From the NCBI GenBank assembly GCA_029717555.1, contig JAMDHS010000026.1:1-64000 (forward strand): DNA of 64,000 nucleotides. The letters are read 5' to 3'. The position numbers and the translations under genes are program-made. Under the pieces are notes generated by a model, which was not told the origin of the DNA, did not search any database, and was given only the letters and a program-made list of their open reading frames with translations. Shown in pieces: positions 50,401 through 62,400 of the stretch (its first letter is position 1; each line of letters opens with the position of its first letter). This stretch comes from Peribolospora baueri (Eukaryota).

Positions 50401-50910
50401 TAACCTCCTCCGTGATTCCATCATTCTCGGCAACGTTTTTCATACTTTTTGTTCCTCATCTTACCCCTCCTTTTCTCACCCAACATCTATGTGCACTCCA
50501 GATGCGATCTATACAAGACGGAGAACGAAGACGAAGCGGTCCGAGCGGCGGCGCGACGCGCTAAGATCGAGTTCCTGCGCGAACATCCCAGTGCGCTCGA
50601 GGCCGTGAAGAATGTCGTCGATGACGCAGGCTTTCTGGAGTCGCTCGAACTGGGACGGCCTGGGGCTTCCAGAGGGAGTGAGTCTATCCACATTTTTGTG
50701 CGGAGGTTGAGCGAGTACGGAGCGGAGCAAAGCGATTTGAAGATGAAAAGAGAAGAGCATGACGGTTTTGTGTTGACCTGCCGATTGCGACTTTATCTAT
50801 CTTACTTTTCCTCTTCTCCCGCCTGGCCTGGGACGGAAATAGTGTGGCGATGGCTGGAGGAGGGCGTGGACGCCTGCGTGGCAGGCGTCGTAGATCTGTT
50901 GTTGCCGTGA
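47412..50910 (+). CDS. RBR E3 ubiquitin ligase, RNF216/TRIAD3-like, with CUE-like N-terminal repeats; about 6 exons
   Basis: LRTLFPTADPDYL and LSYEFPSLSIDTIR (CUE-like); RING1 ECECCFGD..ACTTGSHLFCLDC; IBR CPFC...SCLRC..HTC; RING2 [39 protein letters not shown]. Confidence 0.85.
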
Positions 50911-51179
50911 AAGGAGGCCTCACGTCGTCTTTCCCGCTCGCCCTTCTCCTCTACCAGGTGGTCGTGTGTGCATACCCGTAGCAGATACGTCCGTCGCCAT
51001 CGACAGGCTGCGCCGCCTTTCCCTTGCCATCTTCCCTTGTAAGCAGACGTGCGAACATGGCTTGCTTCAATATGACAACATCGTCTTCCTGCCTTCATTG
51101 AGACTCCGGTCGTCGCCAGACAAGCCTTGGAAAAGTGGGCCGATTGGGGTTTGGATTCCGTGACAAGGTGGGAGATGGG

Positions 51180-51560
51180 GAAGTAAGACAAAAGAGGATG
51201 GCAGACATAGGAGGGAGGGCCGAGGAAAGGAATGACAGGGGGAGGGCAGAGGAAAGGGAAGACAGGGGGTAAAGCGGAAGGGAGGAAGGAAGGACAAAAA
51301 AAAAGGAAGGACGGAAGGAGAAAGAAAGAAAGAAAGAAAGAGGAAGGGAGGACACAGGAGGAAACAATGGAAAGGTGCTTCTTCTTACAACGAGGCGACG
51401 TGAGTCTCTCAAAAGGGGAAAGGTCGAAGAAAGGGGGAGGTGGTGGAAGGGACGTCGGACGTGGTAGTATATATGCGCCGAAGGGGAAGAGGAGAGGGAA
51501 AGGATACAAGAACCCAGACGGAGGAGCGAAGATAAGACGGAAGAAAAATCGCGACGTCTC
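51180..51560. repeat. Strongly purine-biased low-complexity tract (A/G on +), probably 3' UTR or intergenic
   Basis: Long GGA/GAAA/AAAG runs between the convergent RBR and C2H2 genes. Confidence 0.6.
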
Positions 51561-52190
51561 GTGGGACGACGCTCTTTTGACGCCGTTCGGTGGTGAGGCG
51601 AATGCACGGTGCGAGTAGGCCTGTTTGGACTGTGAAAGCCTCGCCGAGATCAGGTCGTCGTCGAGTCGATACGATGTGCGCGTCTATCCGAGCGGAGCGA
51701 GCGACCGAGCGACGCCGAATTGAGAAAGGCAGGTCCGAAGTCGTCTGCGCCTCGCCGAGTCGAGCTGAGCAAGATGGATGCGATGTGTTTGCCATCGAGA
51801 GACGAGGAAAGGAGAAGGGGGATGAATGGAGAACGTCCAACAGGTGTTCAATTTGGAGGTGACAGAAGGCGAAGTGAAAGACGGAGCAAGGCGTGGGAAG
51901 AGCGGCGGTTGAAGGATGGGTGGCCGGAGGGACGAAACGTAGACAGGAAAAGAGAAAGGGAGAGGAAAGAGAAAACAGAAGGCGCGCGTTGCACCTCATC
52001 CCAATCGATCGATTGAACCTCTCCCTTCGTCACTGCGACCACGATATCGAAAGCCGAGGAGCCTACGTCGTGAAGCCGAAGCCGAGATCGAGACGAGGTG
52101 GAGTAAGTGTCGAGGCCGAACTGCGACGCTCGTCCACCCGACGACCTAACGACGGCGCCCGGCTCATCCCCTCCCATCCCATCCGACCTT

Positions 52191-54594
52191 CTACTGGTCC
52201 ATCTCCATGTCCATCGCAAAATCGTCGTCCTCCGTCTCCTCGTCGTCCATCATCTCCTCGTCCCGCTCTGCCGCCTTCCCCTCACGTTGGGACCCGCCCC
52301 TGCCCTGCCTCCCACGCCCCTCGTCCTCCTCTTCCTCGTTCTTATCATCCTTATCCTCTTCATTCTCCTCATCCTCGTCCTCCTTCTCATCCTCATCCTC
52401 ATCACCTTCCTCCTCGTCCTCTTCCACCAGATCCCCATCAGGAAGGTGCCGACCGGACTGAGAAAGCGACTGGCCATACTGGTGGAAAGAGGGACGACCG
52501 TGATAAGGCGAGGTTCCAACGGCGGCAAAGCCTCCCCCAGCGACGTAGCGGGCCCCACCGTCTCCTCTTTGGACGGCAACGACGCCGTTGACAAGCTTGG
52601 CGTGCTCGAGGGAGAGCTGACTCAGCCCGACGAGAGGGCTTAACGTCATCGACGAGGACGGCGCGGAGGACACCCCGCCGCCGCCGTAGATGGGCACAGG
52701 CGCCGTTCCATTGGGTTGGGCCCGACTCGACGACGACTCGGGCACGTTTGAGAAGTCCTCGGCGGCAGCGCTGCCGCTCCTGCTCCCTCCGCTGCCGCTG
52801 TTGCTCGTCCCACTGACAGATGGGCCGGCACTGCCCTCTCGACCCGCACACGGCTCCCATCCATTCGGACCAAGGTGGTGATGATGGTGCTGGTGGTGGT
52901 GAGGTTGATGATCGTGATCCATCATGACGCCGTTTTCGCCATCGAACACGTCCCCGTGCGCAACACCCTTGCCATTGGCAGCGCTCTTAGTCGGCGTGGT
53001 GGGTTCGAAGCTCTGCGAGCGCGCTCGGTCCTGGTTGTTGCGTTTCAGTTCCATCAATAGGTCCCAGTTGAGCTTGTCCGAACCTAGAAGTCCCGATGAA
53101 GGGGGCGACACGGCAGCCGGCCAGTACGCTTTCTCGTCCTGAGGACGAGGAGGCAAAGCGAGCGAGTAGGCGAGAACGCGCGCAAGTCAACGAGAGCGCC
53201 ACAGGACAGACGGGCCGTCAAAGGGACCCTATATGTCTGAGAGAACAAAGTCTAAACTCACAGGCAACGACTTGGCCTGAGCGTCCATGCCGAAGAGGAT
53301 GGCGGCCGCCTCGAGCAGCTGCACCTGCTGGTGCTTCGACATGAGGAACTTGCTGGCCTCTTTCCAGTGGATGGTGTGCTCCCAACGGTGCTTGACGAGA
53401 CACGAAGGATGGCGATAAACCTTTGCACAGGACTCGCACTAGATGAGTGAATGGGGAAGGGGAGAGATCGAACGCACGAGCACACCAGTTAGGTCAGCGA
53501 CGCCGACCAGCGTCGGAACACGTGTGATCGAGAAGATGACCGACTTTGTGCAAGAGCTGATTGTTGGCAGAAGCGGAGCTCGCTCTCCTCGCACCAGCGC
53601 CGGTCCCATTGGGGAACTTGACCTCACCGTCAGTGCCGTCCTCGACGACGCTCGAACGGCGCCGGAAGTCCGGGAAGCCGTTCATCATCGACGTCGTCGT
53701 CGCCGAGGCGGACGCTGGGGTGAAGCCTAGCGCCGAAGCTACCGTTCCGCCGCCGCCGCCGAACCGGTCCAGGCCACCAGCGGAAGAGCTGAGCATGGAA
53801 AGGCCGGCCATGGGCGGCGAACCAGGGTGGAGATGCGGAGGGTGCGGGCCAGGCCCTGGTTGGGTAAGCGTGCTTTGTCGCGGGTGCGGGTGGGCGCCAC
53901 TGCTGAAAGGTGGAGGGGACGTCAGGCTGAGCGCTTCGGCGGCGGCAGTCAGCGAGGTGGAGAGCGAGGCGACGCTGTATGCGGGCGAAGGCACCGAACC
54001 AGCGGCCGACGTGGGCAGTCCGCTGGACACGTTCCCGGCACCCGTAGCGCGTGGAGCCTGCCTCGCCAACGAGTGTAAAGCAGCATCCACGCCTCCGGCG
54101 GCCGCCACCGTGGTGGACTCGGACAGCCTACGACGCACGTTGGTGCTGCTCATCCTCCTCGTCTTTCCACCGAACGACGAGGAGGCTGGAGCGGGCGAGC
54201 CGGTCGTGCCGGAAGGTATTTCGGGCGGCATGGGGAAGACCGAGTCGGAGTCGGCTATCGCGTTCGCTCCTCCCCCTCCACGAACGGGGAAGGAGCCGAC
54301 GGTGGGTGAACCTCTCCAAGATGAGCCAAAGCCATTGCCGTTGCCGTTGCCGTTGCCGTTGCGATCATCGGACACGGACTGAGGGGTGGCGCCGAGGGCG
54401 AGCGAAGTTCGATTGGCGGCGCCAGCGCCCTTTCCGGAGTTGGATATGGCGATGGGCGCTGAGCCGCCTGATCCAGCAGCGACCATGGGCGCTGACGCTA
54501 GAAAGCCGTCCTCGACCTTGGGCCCCGTCGCTAAATGGGCACGCGAGTCATTTTCGACCGCCATTCCGGCGGGCGACGCAGCTTCGGCAGTCAT
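52191..54594 (-). CDS. Fungal single-C2H2 zinc-finger protein with acidic tail; 3 coding exons
   Basis: Spliced NQLLHKCESCAKVYRHPSCLVKHRWEHTIHWKEASKFLMSKHQQVQLLEAAAIL...LPDEKAYWPAAVSPP. The middle exon (about 53262-53438) lies in a frame missing from the ORF track. Poly-His and D/E-rich C-terminus. Confidence 0.85.
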
Positions 54595-54633
54595 ATGTCG
54601 TTTCAGATAAAGCAGGAGCTAGCGTGTATGACG

Positions 54634-54870
54634 CTGTAGGCGTGTGGAATGAAGGGAAGCAGAGGGTCAACGGCAGGCGTTGGCCGCCAGGCCAACACGA
54701 AGAGGATGAGCAAGTAGACGTCAGCCGGCGGTCGTCGTCCTATCCCTCTCCATCGCGGCAACTCCCGAATACATCATCCGACAGGGAGACATCCCTGCCC
54801 CATTTCCCTCGACGTTCGCCATGTCCAGGAAACGCTCGGAGCGGCTACGACGCCTGGGACGGATGCTCAC
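54634..54870 (-). other. Probable 5' UTR intron of the C2H2 gene
   Basis: AAG|GTGAGC donor at 54870; TTGAC branch-like site, pyrimidine tract and CTACAG acceptor at 54634. An in-frame TAG lies between the acceptor and ATG 54594. Confidence 0.5.
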
Positions 54871-56204
54871 CTTGCTCCTGCCCTCTTCTCCCTCTCTCGA
54901 GCGCTTGCTCGACGGGGAAATCACAGAGGCGCGCACCACGCCTCCCGATCAGGGCGCCTTTCTGTCTGTCTGCCTGCCTACTCTGACTTCCCTCTGCCCC
55001 ACCGAGGGTGCCGGCCCCAAAGGGTCGGACAATCGAGCGTAGATCGGAGAAGAAAAAGCGTAGCAAGGACCGAGGCAAGGAAGCGGCTCGCCTGGTGGTC
55101 TCGAGAAGAAGACGTAAAGAGTGTGTAGGCGTGCGTGGGGACCTGGGTTGGGAGGTCGGGGTGCGGGGGTTAAGAAAAAAGCCTCCTGTTCTCCGGAAAG
55201 CTGGTGCGTCAGTCAGGGACGACGACCGGCTGCCCGTTTCCGTCCTCGAAGGGGGAGGCTCTCTCTTTTGCTCGGTGGGCTTCTGAGGGCGTGACAAGGC
55301 AGCGAAACGATGGGAGCAAGCGAGACGTTGGCGTGGTAGAGGAAGAAGTGGGCCGAGAAAGAAGGCCAAGATGTGCGAGCGAGAGGAAGTGTGAGTGAGG
55401 GCTGGCCGGACGAGCGCCTTCGCCAGCTGGCTAGCTGCCTGCCTCGCAGCTCGCTCACTCACCCACTCACGAGCGACGAAAAGGCAACGTCGAGAGCGCG
55501 GCCGGGCGAAACGACCGAGGGCTCGGGTTTGCAAAGAAGAAAGATGGAGTGGGGAGAGGAAGAGAAGAGAGAGAAGTCCGCCGACGGCCCGTCCGTCGAA
55601 CTCGGACTCGTGCGCTCGCTCGCTCGCTGGCCGCGGCAGGGATTGGGGGGCGAGCGTATTATTTGCTTGCCGCAGCTTTTCAGATTTCGTCCGAGTCCCA
55701 CTTTTTTTTGCCAGGGACCGCAACAAGTCCCGTGCGGGGGCTGGCTGCCGGATTACAATCCGCATTTGCTTGGCTTGTAGCCCATTTGTATTGTACGCCC
55801 GCTCCATTGGATCGACGGAAAGCACGGCACGCAGGAGTGGATCTCCTGTGGGAAAAATGGCAACAAACATCGAATCTCTAGTCTCGAGTGTTATACAGCG
55901 CCCGGTTCTCCGACAAAGGGAAGGGAAGAAATTGCGGTAGGAAGGGGAAGGCGAGCTCGTGGATGACGGATGAAAGGAAGGCGAAAGACGAAGAAGGGAT
56001 GGAATTGGGGACGGGGGCGAGGATGCGAAGCGGTCAGAGGTCGAGCGGGTGAAGCGGGATGGAGATGGAAAAGGTCAAAAAAGAGAGGAGGGAAAAGGAA
56101 GATGGGAGATGGGATGCAAGGCATCGAAGGACATGATACAGGCGTCGGTGATTGGGGGGACAAAATACCTCCAAGTCGGTTGGGGCTCAGATGAAGTGAA
56201 ACGA

Positions 56205-58630
56205 TCAGTCCAGAGACACGTTCCAGCGCCACCTAGACGAACGAGAGATAGGATCGAAGTGAGCGTGTCAGTAAGGAAACCTGCAGCCGAGGGAGGCACA
56301 CACTTCGAGTCTAGTCTGCGTCGACGTCGATCCTTACCTGTCCTCTTGAAACCCTTGCGCGGTGTCGGCCAGCATGATCTGGATGAAGGAAGAGCCATGC
56401 TCGTCGAGTGAGAAGACCGACGTCTCCAGGGAGGTGGGCGGCGTACGATGGGGAGATGGCTCACCTCTCGCCTCTTCTGGACATACACCGTCAGATCGGT
56501 GACCTTCTGTCGCAAGCCCGGAATCGTCTGTGGATCGATGGGCTTCTCCAGTTGCTCTGAAAGGTCTTCCACCGCTCGCTCTAGATCACTGTGATGCGAC
56601 GACGAAAGAAGAGACAGGGCGACTCCGATGAGAACCGGCTTCGACGATGGCCCAGCCGTCAAGACAAAGGCGTGGCCGAAGGCACGCTCGCGCTCACCGC
56701 TGGTTGTCTTCGAACAGCTCGGTCATATTGTCCCTCGCGAGATAGAACGCCATGCAGTATGTCCACTTGAGCGTGGAGCGACACTGTCCGAGCATGTCAA
56801 CGGCCTTCTTGAGGAACTGCACCTCGATCCACGTCAGATCGGACGTGAGCTGCATCTCCTCCATCTTCTTCTCCGTGCGCGAGTACAGTTCCCTCTCCAG
56901 CCTCGCCGACTGCTCGTGGTTCGCCCACCGGTTGAAATAGTGCAGGTACCTCTCCAAGCTCGCTCGGCTCTTCGCCTGCGAGTCCCGTGCCTCGGCCCCA
57001 GATTTTTCGTCGAACCGGTTGCACTTGTACCAGTTCGTCCCGTGCTCCGACCACGGGCCCGAGCAGATCCAGCACCACTCGTGCCGGCAGTGTCGGCACG
57101 TCATGTGATTGCACCCGCCGTTCTTCTCGATCGTCGAGCTGCACTTCGGGCACTCCTTCGTGTGAGCATGGACCCAATTGGCCTGTCGTATTCCACGCGA
57201 CGCGACCAGGAAGCGCGAACGTCAGCAAAGGAACGGCGCGTACAAGGTGCCCAAACCATCGACGACTCACCGTCTCCGAATCGTCCTCGCACTTCTTCAC
57301 CCACTTCCTCACGATTTTACAAACCACAGGCTGGTGATCCGTGACAGCGCATCCGAAGCAGAATCGAAGGCCGCATGCGCATTGCACGGAGGGAACGACG
57401 CGGTTGAGCGACTTGGAAGTGACGTGGCATTCGATGGCGTGCTCGCAGTTGGGAGCTGGACACCATCGCATGAAGGAAGAGTCATCGACGTAGGTTCGAT
57501 TGAGAAGGCGGAGGTATCTAGGTGGAGAAAAAGAGCAATACGAGTGCGCTCAGTCGCACGTCGTCGTCGCGAGCGCACTCGACCATAGCGGCCGCCCCCA
57601 CGTTGGGAGGGACATTCGACTCACCGGCAGAAGGTATCTTCATCGACGAGTAAGCTGACCGTCCTCTCATCCAAGATGGCATTGCATCCTTCCGCCATAC
57701 ACTGCACACGCCTGCTCTCGCCCTCCTCCTTGACCTTCTGAATGACATAATACCTGTAGCAGTCCTTGCAGAAGCGGTGACCGCACGCCAAAGCGAGAGT
57801 GTCCAGCCCTTGACCTTCGGAGCCGAACGGCTCCTTTCCCCCGCCCGTCCCGGCACCTTTCGTCTTTCCTTTCCAGCGGCCAGACGACGACGAAGAAGGT
57901 TCCACGCCGTCGGCTTCGGAGAAGCAGATATCGCACACGAAGCCAGAGTCGGCGTAGAGGCGCTGGATTCGGGGCGCGTTCGGACTGTCGATGTCGCACA
58001 CGCCGGCTTCGAGCGATACCCGTTCTGGTGCGTCCATGTACCGCTCTATAAGTCGTTCCTTGTTCCAGGAGAAGTGGCGGAGGAGTATGGCGGCGTCGGT
58101 ATCCTGTGAGGTAAGATCGCGGAGGAAGCGGAGAAAAGGGACGGTTAGGTCAGTAAAGCCGCGAGGGGGCGTAAAAGAGCCTCTGGACCGTGACCGCTTA
58201 CCTTGAGCATAAACATGCCAGCCACATGGGCGACCTCCTGTTTCTGCGCCCTCACAATGTCGTCCGCGTCCAAGACCTTGAAGTCGACCTCGTAGCTCTT
58301 CTTCCTCGCGCGGTCCGCGGACAAGTCGACGTCGAAACCCCCCGCTTCGACGTCGTCATCGTCCGCGTCCTCGTGGGCCAGGTTGTCGTCGTCGTCGTCG
58401 AAATCGTTCAAGCCGACCTCGTCGTCGTCATCGTCGTCGTCGCTGTAGTTGTCCGGACCAGAGCCGACGCTGTCCTCGTCCATGGTGTCCAACATCTCAT
58501 CGTCCTCGAGATACTTTGCGTGGCGAGCGACGACAAGAGAAGAGCGGGGAGTTTGAGAACGGCCTTTCGTTCGGGAAACGGTCGATCAGTAAATGCGAGC
58601 GTCACTCACACGATCCGACGAGGAGGACAT
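56205..58630 (-). CDS. Ariadne-family RBR E3 ubiquitin ligase (ARIH1/Hel1/Dbl4-like); 8 exons
   Basis: Acidic N-terminus; [113 protein letters not shown]; ends RWRWNVSLD*. Confidence 0.95.
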
Positions 58631-59084
58631 TCTCTCGGCTGTCCAACGTCAACTGTTCGACGAGGCCCAATCGGTGGGTGTACGGGGTTGAGGGGGCAAG
58701 ACAAGTGCGCGGGTGGTAGCAAGTGGTAGACCGTCAGGGCGACGGAAAGGCAAGGACAAGCGGCGGGCTATGGGAGGGAGGAAGCGAAAAGTTTGGAGGA
58801 GGTGAGTGGAGGAAAGAGATGGGCGAGAGGCAGCCGGGTCGGGAAAAGGATGGTAGAGTTGTCGTAGTTGGACGTCAAGAGGGTTGTCGGCGGGCAAGCC
58901 GGAGCGCAACTGACGTACGATCCGACGCTCGTCCTTGCCGCAGCAACGCATCCCAAGTGCCGGCGACCCGGGACGGGTGGAGGACAACGATCAGACGACG
59001 GAAGCAAGGCTTTGTGATCACCACTCGCAAGCGCTATCTACATGGACGGCGGCAACGGAAGGCGCGAGTTGTCACGAGGTGCGT

Positions 59085-59148
59085 GAGAGAGAGAGAGTGT
59101 GTGTGTGTTGTGTGAATGTGAAAAAGAGTGAGAGAGAGAGAGAGAGAG
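59085..59148. repeat. Compound (GA)n(GT)n...(GA)n microsatellite
   Basis: Directly visible in the divergent Ariadne/coiled-coil intergenic region. Confidence 0.9.
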
Positions 59149-59459
59149 TTTAGAGGACAGGCTGACTAACAGTCATCGGCTCCAAAGAGTGGTGGCAGGC
59201 AAGCTCACTTCCTCACCCGGCCAGCGCGCGCTGGAACGCCCAACCTTCTCAGCACAAAATCATCCTCGATGTCAGCTTGCCTTATAAGTACTCGTCGGTG
59301 ACATGCTACCCTCCCATGCAATCATGCGACAGTTCTTTCTTCCTTGACCCTTCCGTCTTTCGCACTTTTCTCACCGTCCAACGTCTTTGCACTCTCAGCT
59401 GTTCTTGCCTCTGGTGGACCGACGCTCTTCCTTAGTTCTCGACAGTGGACGCATCGCTC

Positions 59460-62400
59460 ATGGTGATCCACAAACATCGGCAGGGCAGGGGTCTCACCTA
59501 CGCCGAGCGTGAGCTTCTCGAGCTGGCACGAGTAGCCCCTTGGCCGCCGACCCTACTCATATGTCGTGCACGCGTTCTCGTCCGAACGGCTCTCCCTCCC
59601 TTCCAGGCGTCCTTGGCGCTCTGTCCCACTTGCACCACCGTAACCACCACAAGAATGAGTTCCATCACGCCACTATCCGAAGAGAAAGTGAGGGACATCT
59701 CTTTGTTATGACGCCACTGGACACCGCCCATCGTCCGCCATATTGATGCCCCGTGCCTCGAACGCAATTGCGTTTCAGTCCGTGAGATTGCAGGGACCCG
59801 GAAGGACGCGCTGTCCCAGCAGTGGAGTGCACATGTTTCAGTGAGATCCACCAGCGATATAGCGAAATAGGCAGTGCCACTGCTGTGTACAACAGCGCCT
59901 CCTCACCCGTCCCCACTACTTCCCCTTACCCTTTCAACACAGAATGCCCTTCACAAGCTCGCAAGCACGCCATTGGTCCACTCCGAGGGGCACCAAATCT
60001 ATGGCTTGACACCGGTGGCAAAGCGCTCCATCCAGTCCCGCCGCCATAGGCTCCATCTGGCAAAGGAGGAAATGCGGAGAATCACGCGAGGGACGGACGT
60101 ACCTGAAGAAGATCGGATCTGGTCAGAGGTGCTGGATGAAGTGGGCGAGGAAGGAGGGACACTCGGTGTGAGGAGGGAAAAGAAGAGAAAGAGAGCTGCG
60201 GGGGAAACTGAGAAGACCGATAAGAGCAGGACGCCAGGGCGGCGCACGCGCAAGGCGACGGCTGCGAAGGTATCGATAAAGGCAAAGAAGGCATCCAAGA
60301 CCTCAAAGCCAGGAGCAGCCAAATTACTTGCAGCGACTCGGCGTCACAAAGCGCGTGTGGTCCGGAAAGAAGCTGGTCCAAGTCGAGGACGAGGACGCGC
60401 CGGAGCAGCAAAGACCGGCGGTACGCGTCGCAAACGTGACGAGCAAAGGACGACAACCGTGGCACGGAGAAGAGCGAGGAGCGTCTCGCCAGCATCTTCC
60501 ACACCGCCTCTGTCCGAGGCGGCGTCAAGTGCGGCGTCTTCTTCCGTGGCTTCGCCTGTCGAGTCTGAGGTAGGAGAGGAAGCGGGGTCCACCGCTGCGC
60601 AGCTTCCGTCTCCTGGATCCGCGGTGGACGGTATCGAGGTCGAGATGCAAGGACGCGGTGGTCCGTCAGGCAAGGGCGCACGGAGAGAAAGAGTGAAGGA
60701 CTCGGCGACGATGCGTCCAGGGGGACTGAGCAGATTGAAAAAGCCCGAGGTAAGCTAGCTTCCTCTTCACGCTACCCACGACGCAGCCCTTATCTCTCAC
60801 GCCCTCGCTCGCTCGCTTCCATCCTTATAGCTTCTCGATCTGGTCAAAGAATTGCACGGTCAAGTGGCCGACAAGGACAAGTCCATCCAGAGCTTCCGGG
60901 CTCAGTCGAAAGACAAGGCAAGTTCCGGACAATTTTTGAATGGTGACTTTGAAAGGATCACTGAGCGACCGCGTTCACCTAACAGGACGACATCATCGCT
61001 GATTTGCGGGAGCAACTTTCATCCAGCCATTGGGAGGCGCTCAGCTCCGGCTGTCAAGCCTCTACTATTGGCATAGGTCTGATTGAGGAGGCCAGAGAGT
61101 TGGAGAAAGTCCGTCTGGAGCTGGAGAAGGCCAAAATGCGAAACGTGGGCACTTCTTCCTGGAATGATGCAGCCGTAGACGTGAGCACCTCGACGCCCGG
61201 GCAAGTACCTCCCCTGGCGGATGAAGGACAGGGAGCCAGTGCCGTGGATTCAGGCGATGGGCATCCGGGATTCGACCTGACTGATCTAGTGACCGGCAGC
61301 CCGCTGAGCGTCGATGCTGGTGCCGGTGAGATCGAAGTTGCTGGCGCGGACGTTGAGATGCGTGTGGACGTCGAGCCGAGCGGTGCAGGCGAGGATGCCC
61401 AAGCGACGGCGCGTGGCGAAAGGGCGGAGTCGCCAGGCACGTTCGGAACGACTGTGCCCGTTGTGGCCAACACACTCCTGGAAAAATTAACTCCCTGGAG
61501 CAGTGCTTCGCCGTCAATAGCTCTGACGGAGAGCGACAAAGAGGCCGAGGCGCAAGGTCATTTTGGCCTAGACGTGACTATGGAGGGTCGCCGTAGAGCC
61601 GAGGCCAAGGTCGTCGTCTTGGAGAAGAGCCTCGCGGATGCTCGGATGCGTGTCGAGGAACTCGGCATCGAGGTCGACACTCTCCGAACGCATGCCATCG
61701 CAGAGGAGGATGAACGGGCAGACTTGTTGCAAAGGTTGGACGAGCGCGCGAAGGAGAACGTGACGATCGGGGAAAAGTTTCGAGACCTCGTCGCGGGTCT
61801 CGCAGGCGTGGCCCGTGAGCATAAGGAAGGTGGTGACGAGTCGGTTCCAGAAGGGAACGACGCGAACGACTACGCGGCCACGCATGCTCGCGGCGCTGGG
61901 CTGATGGGCTTCATAGGCTCGAAAATTTCATCGTTGAAGGAGGCATGTCGCAAGCTCCGGGACAGCAGAGACGATCTCGAGGAGCGACAACGAAAGGAAG
62001 TGGAGGCAAGACAAGCCAGCGTGAAGGTCGGCAATGAGGCTATGGCGGAAAAGGAGAGGACGGACGAAAAGCTTGCCCAGCAAACCGGTGACCTCGTGGA
62101 GTTGAGACAGGAGAGGGACGAGCTGAAAGCAGAGGTAGAGCGGCTAGAAACGAGCGCGGCGCAGCTGGCGAAAGAGCATGTCGAAAGGATCACGCAGCTA
62201 GAGACAGAACTGGTCGAAGGGAGGCAGAAAGTGAGGAAGGCTTTTGAAGAGAGGGACCGAGCTGTGCTGGAGCAAAAGGATATGGAGAGGGCATTACAGG
62301 AAGCGCGAGAAAAGCTCGAACTGCTGGAGAAGGAGAAAGGTGAGTCTTGTCCGTATTGCAGTCTCCCGCATCACTGACCTTGCAACGTGCTCTTGAAATC

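Noticed and set aside
54845..55870. 341-aa minus-strand ORF upstream of the C2H2 gene
   Set aside because: R/S/P/L-rich with no motif; more likely promoter or UTR sequence.
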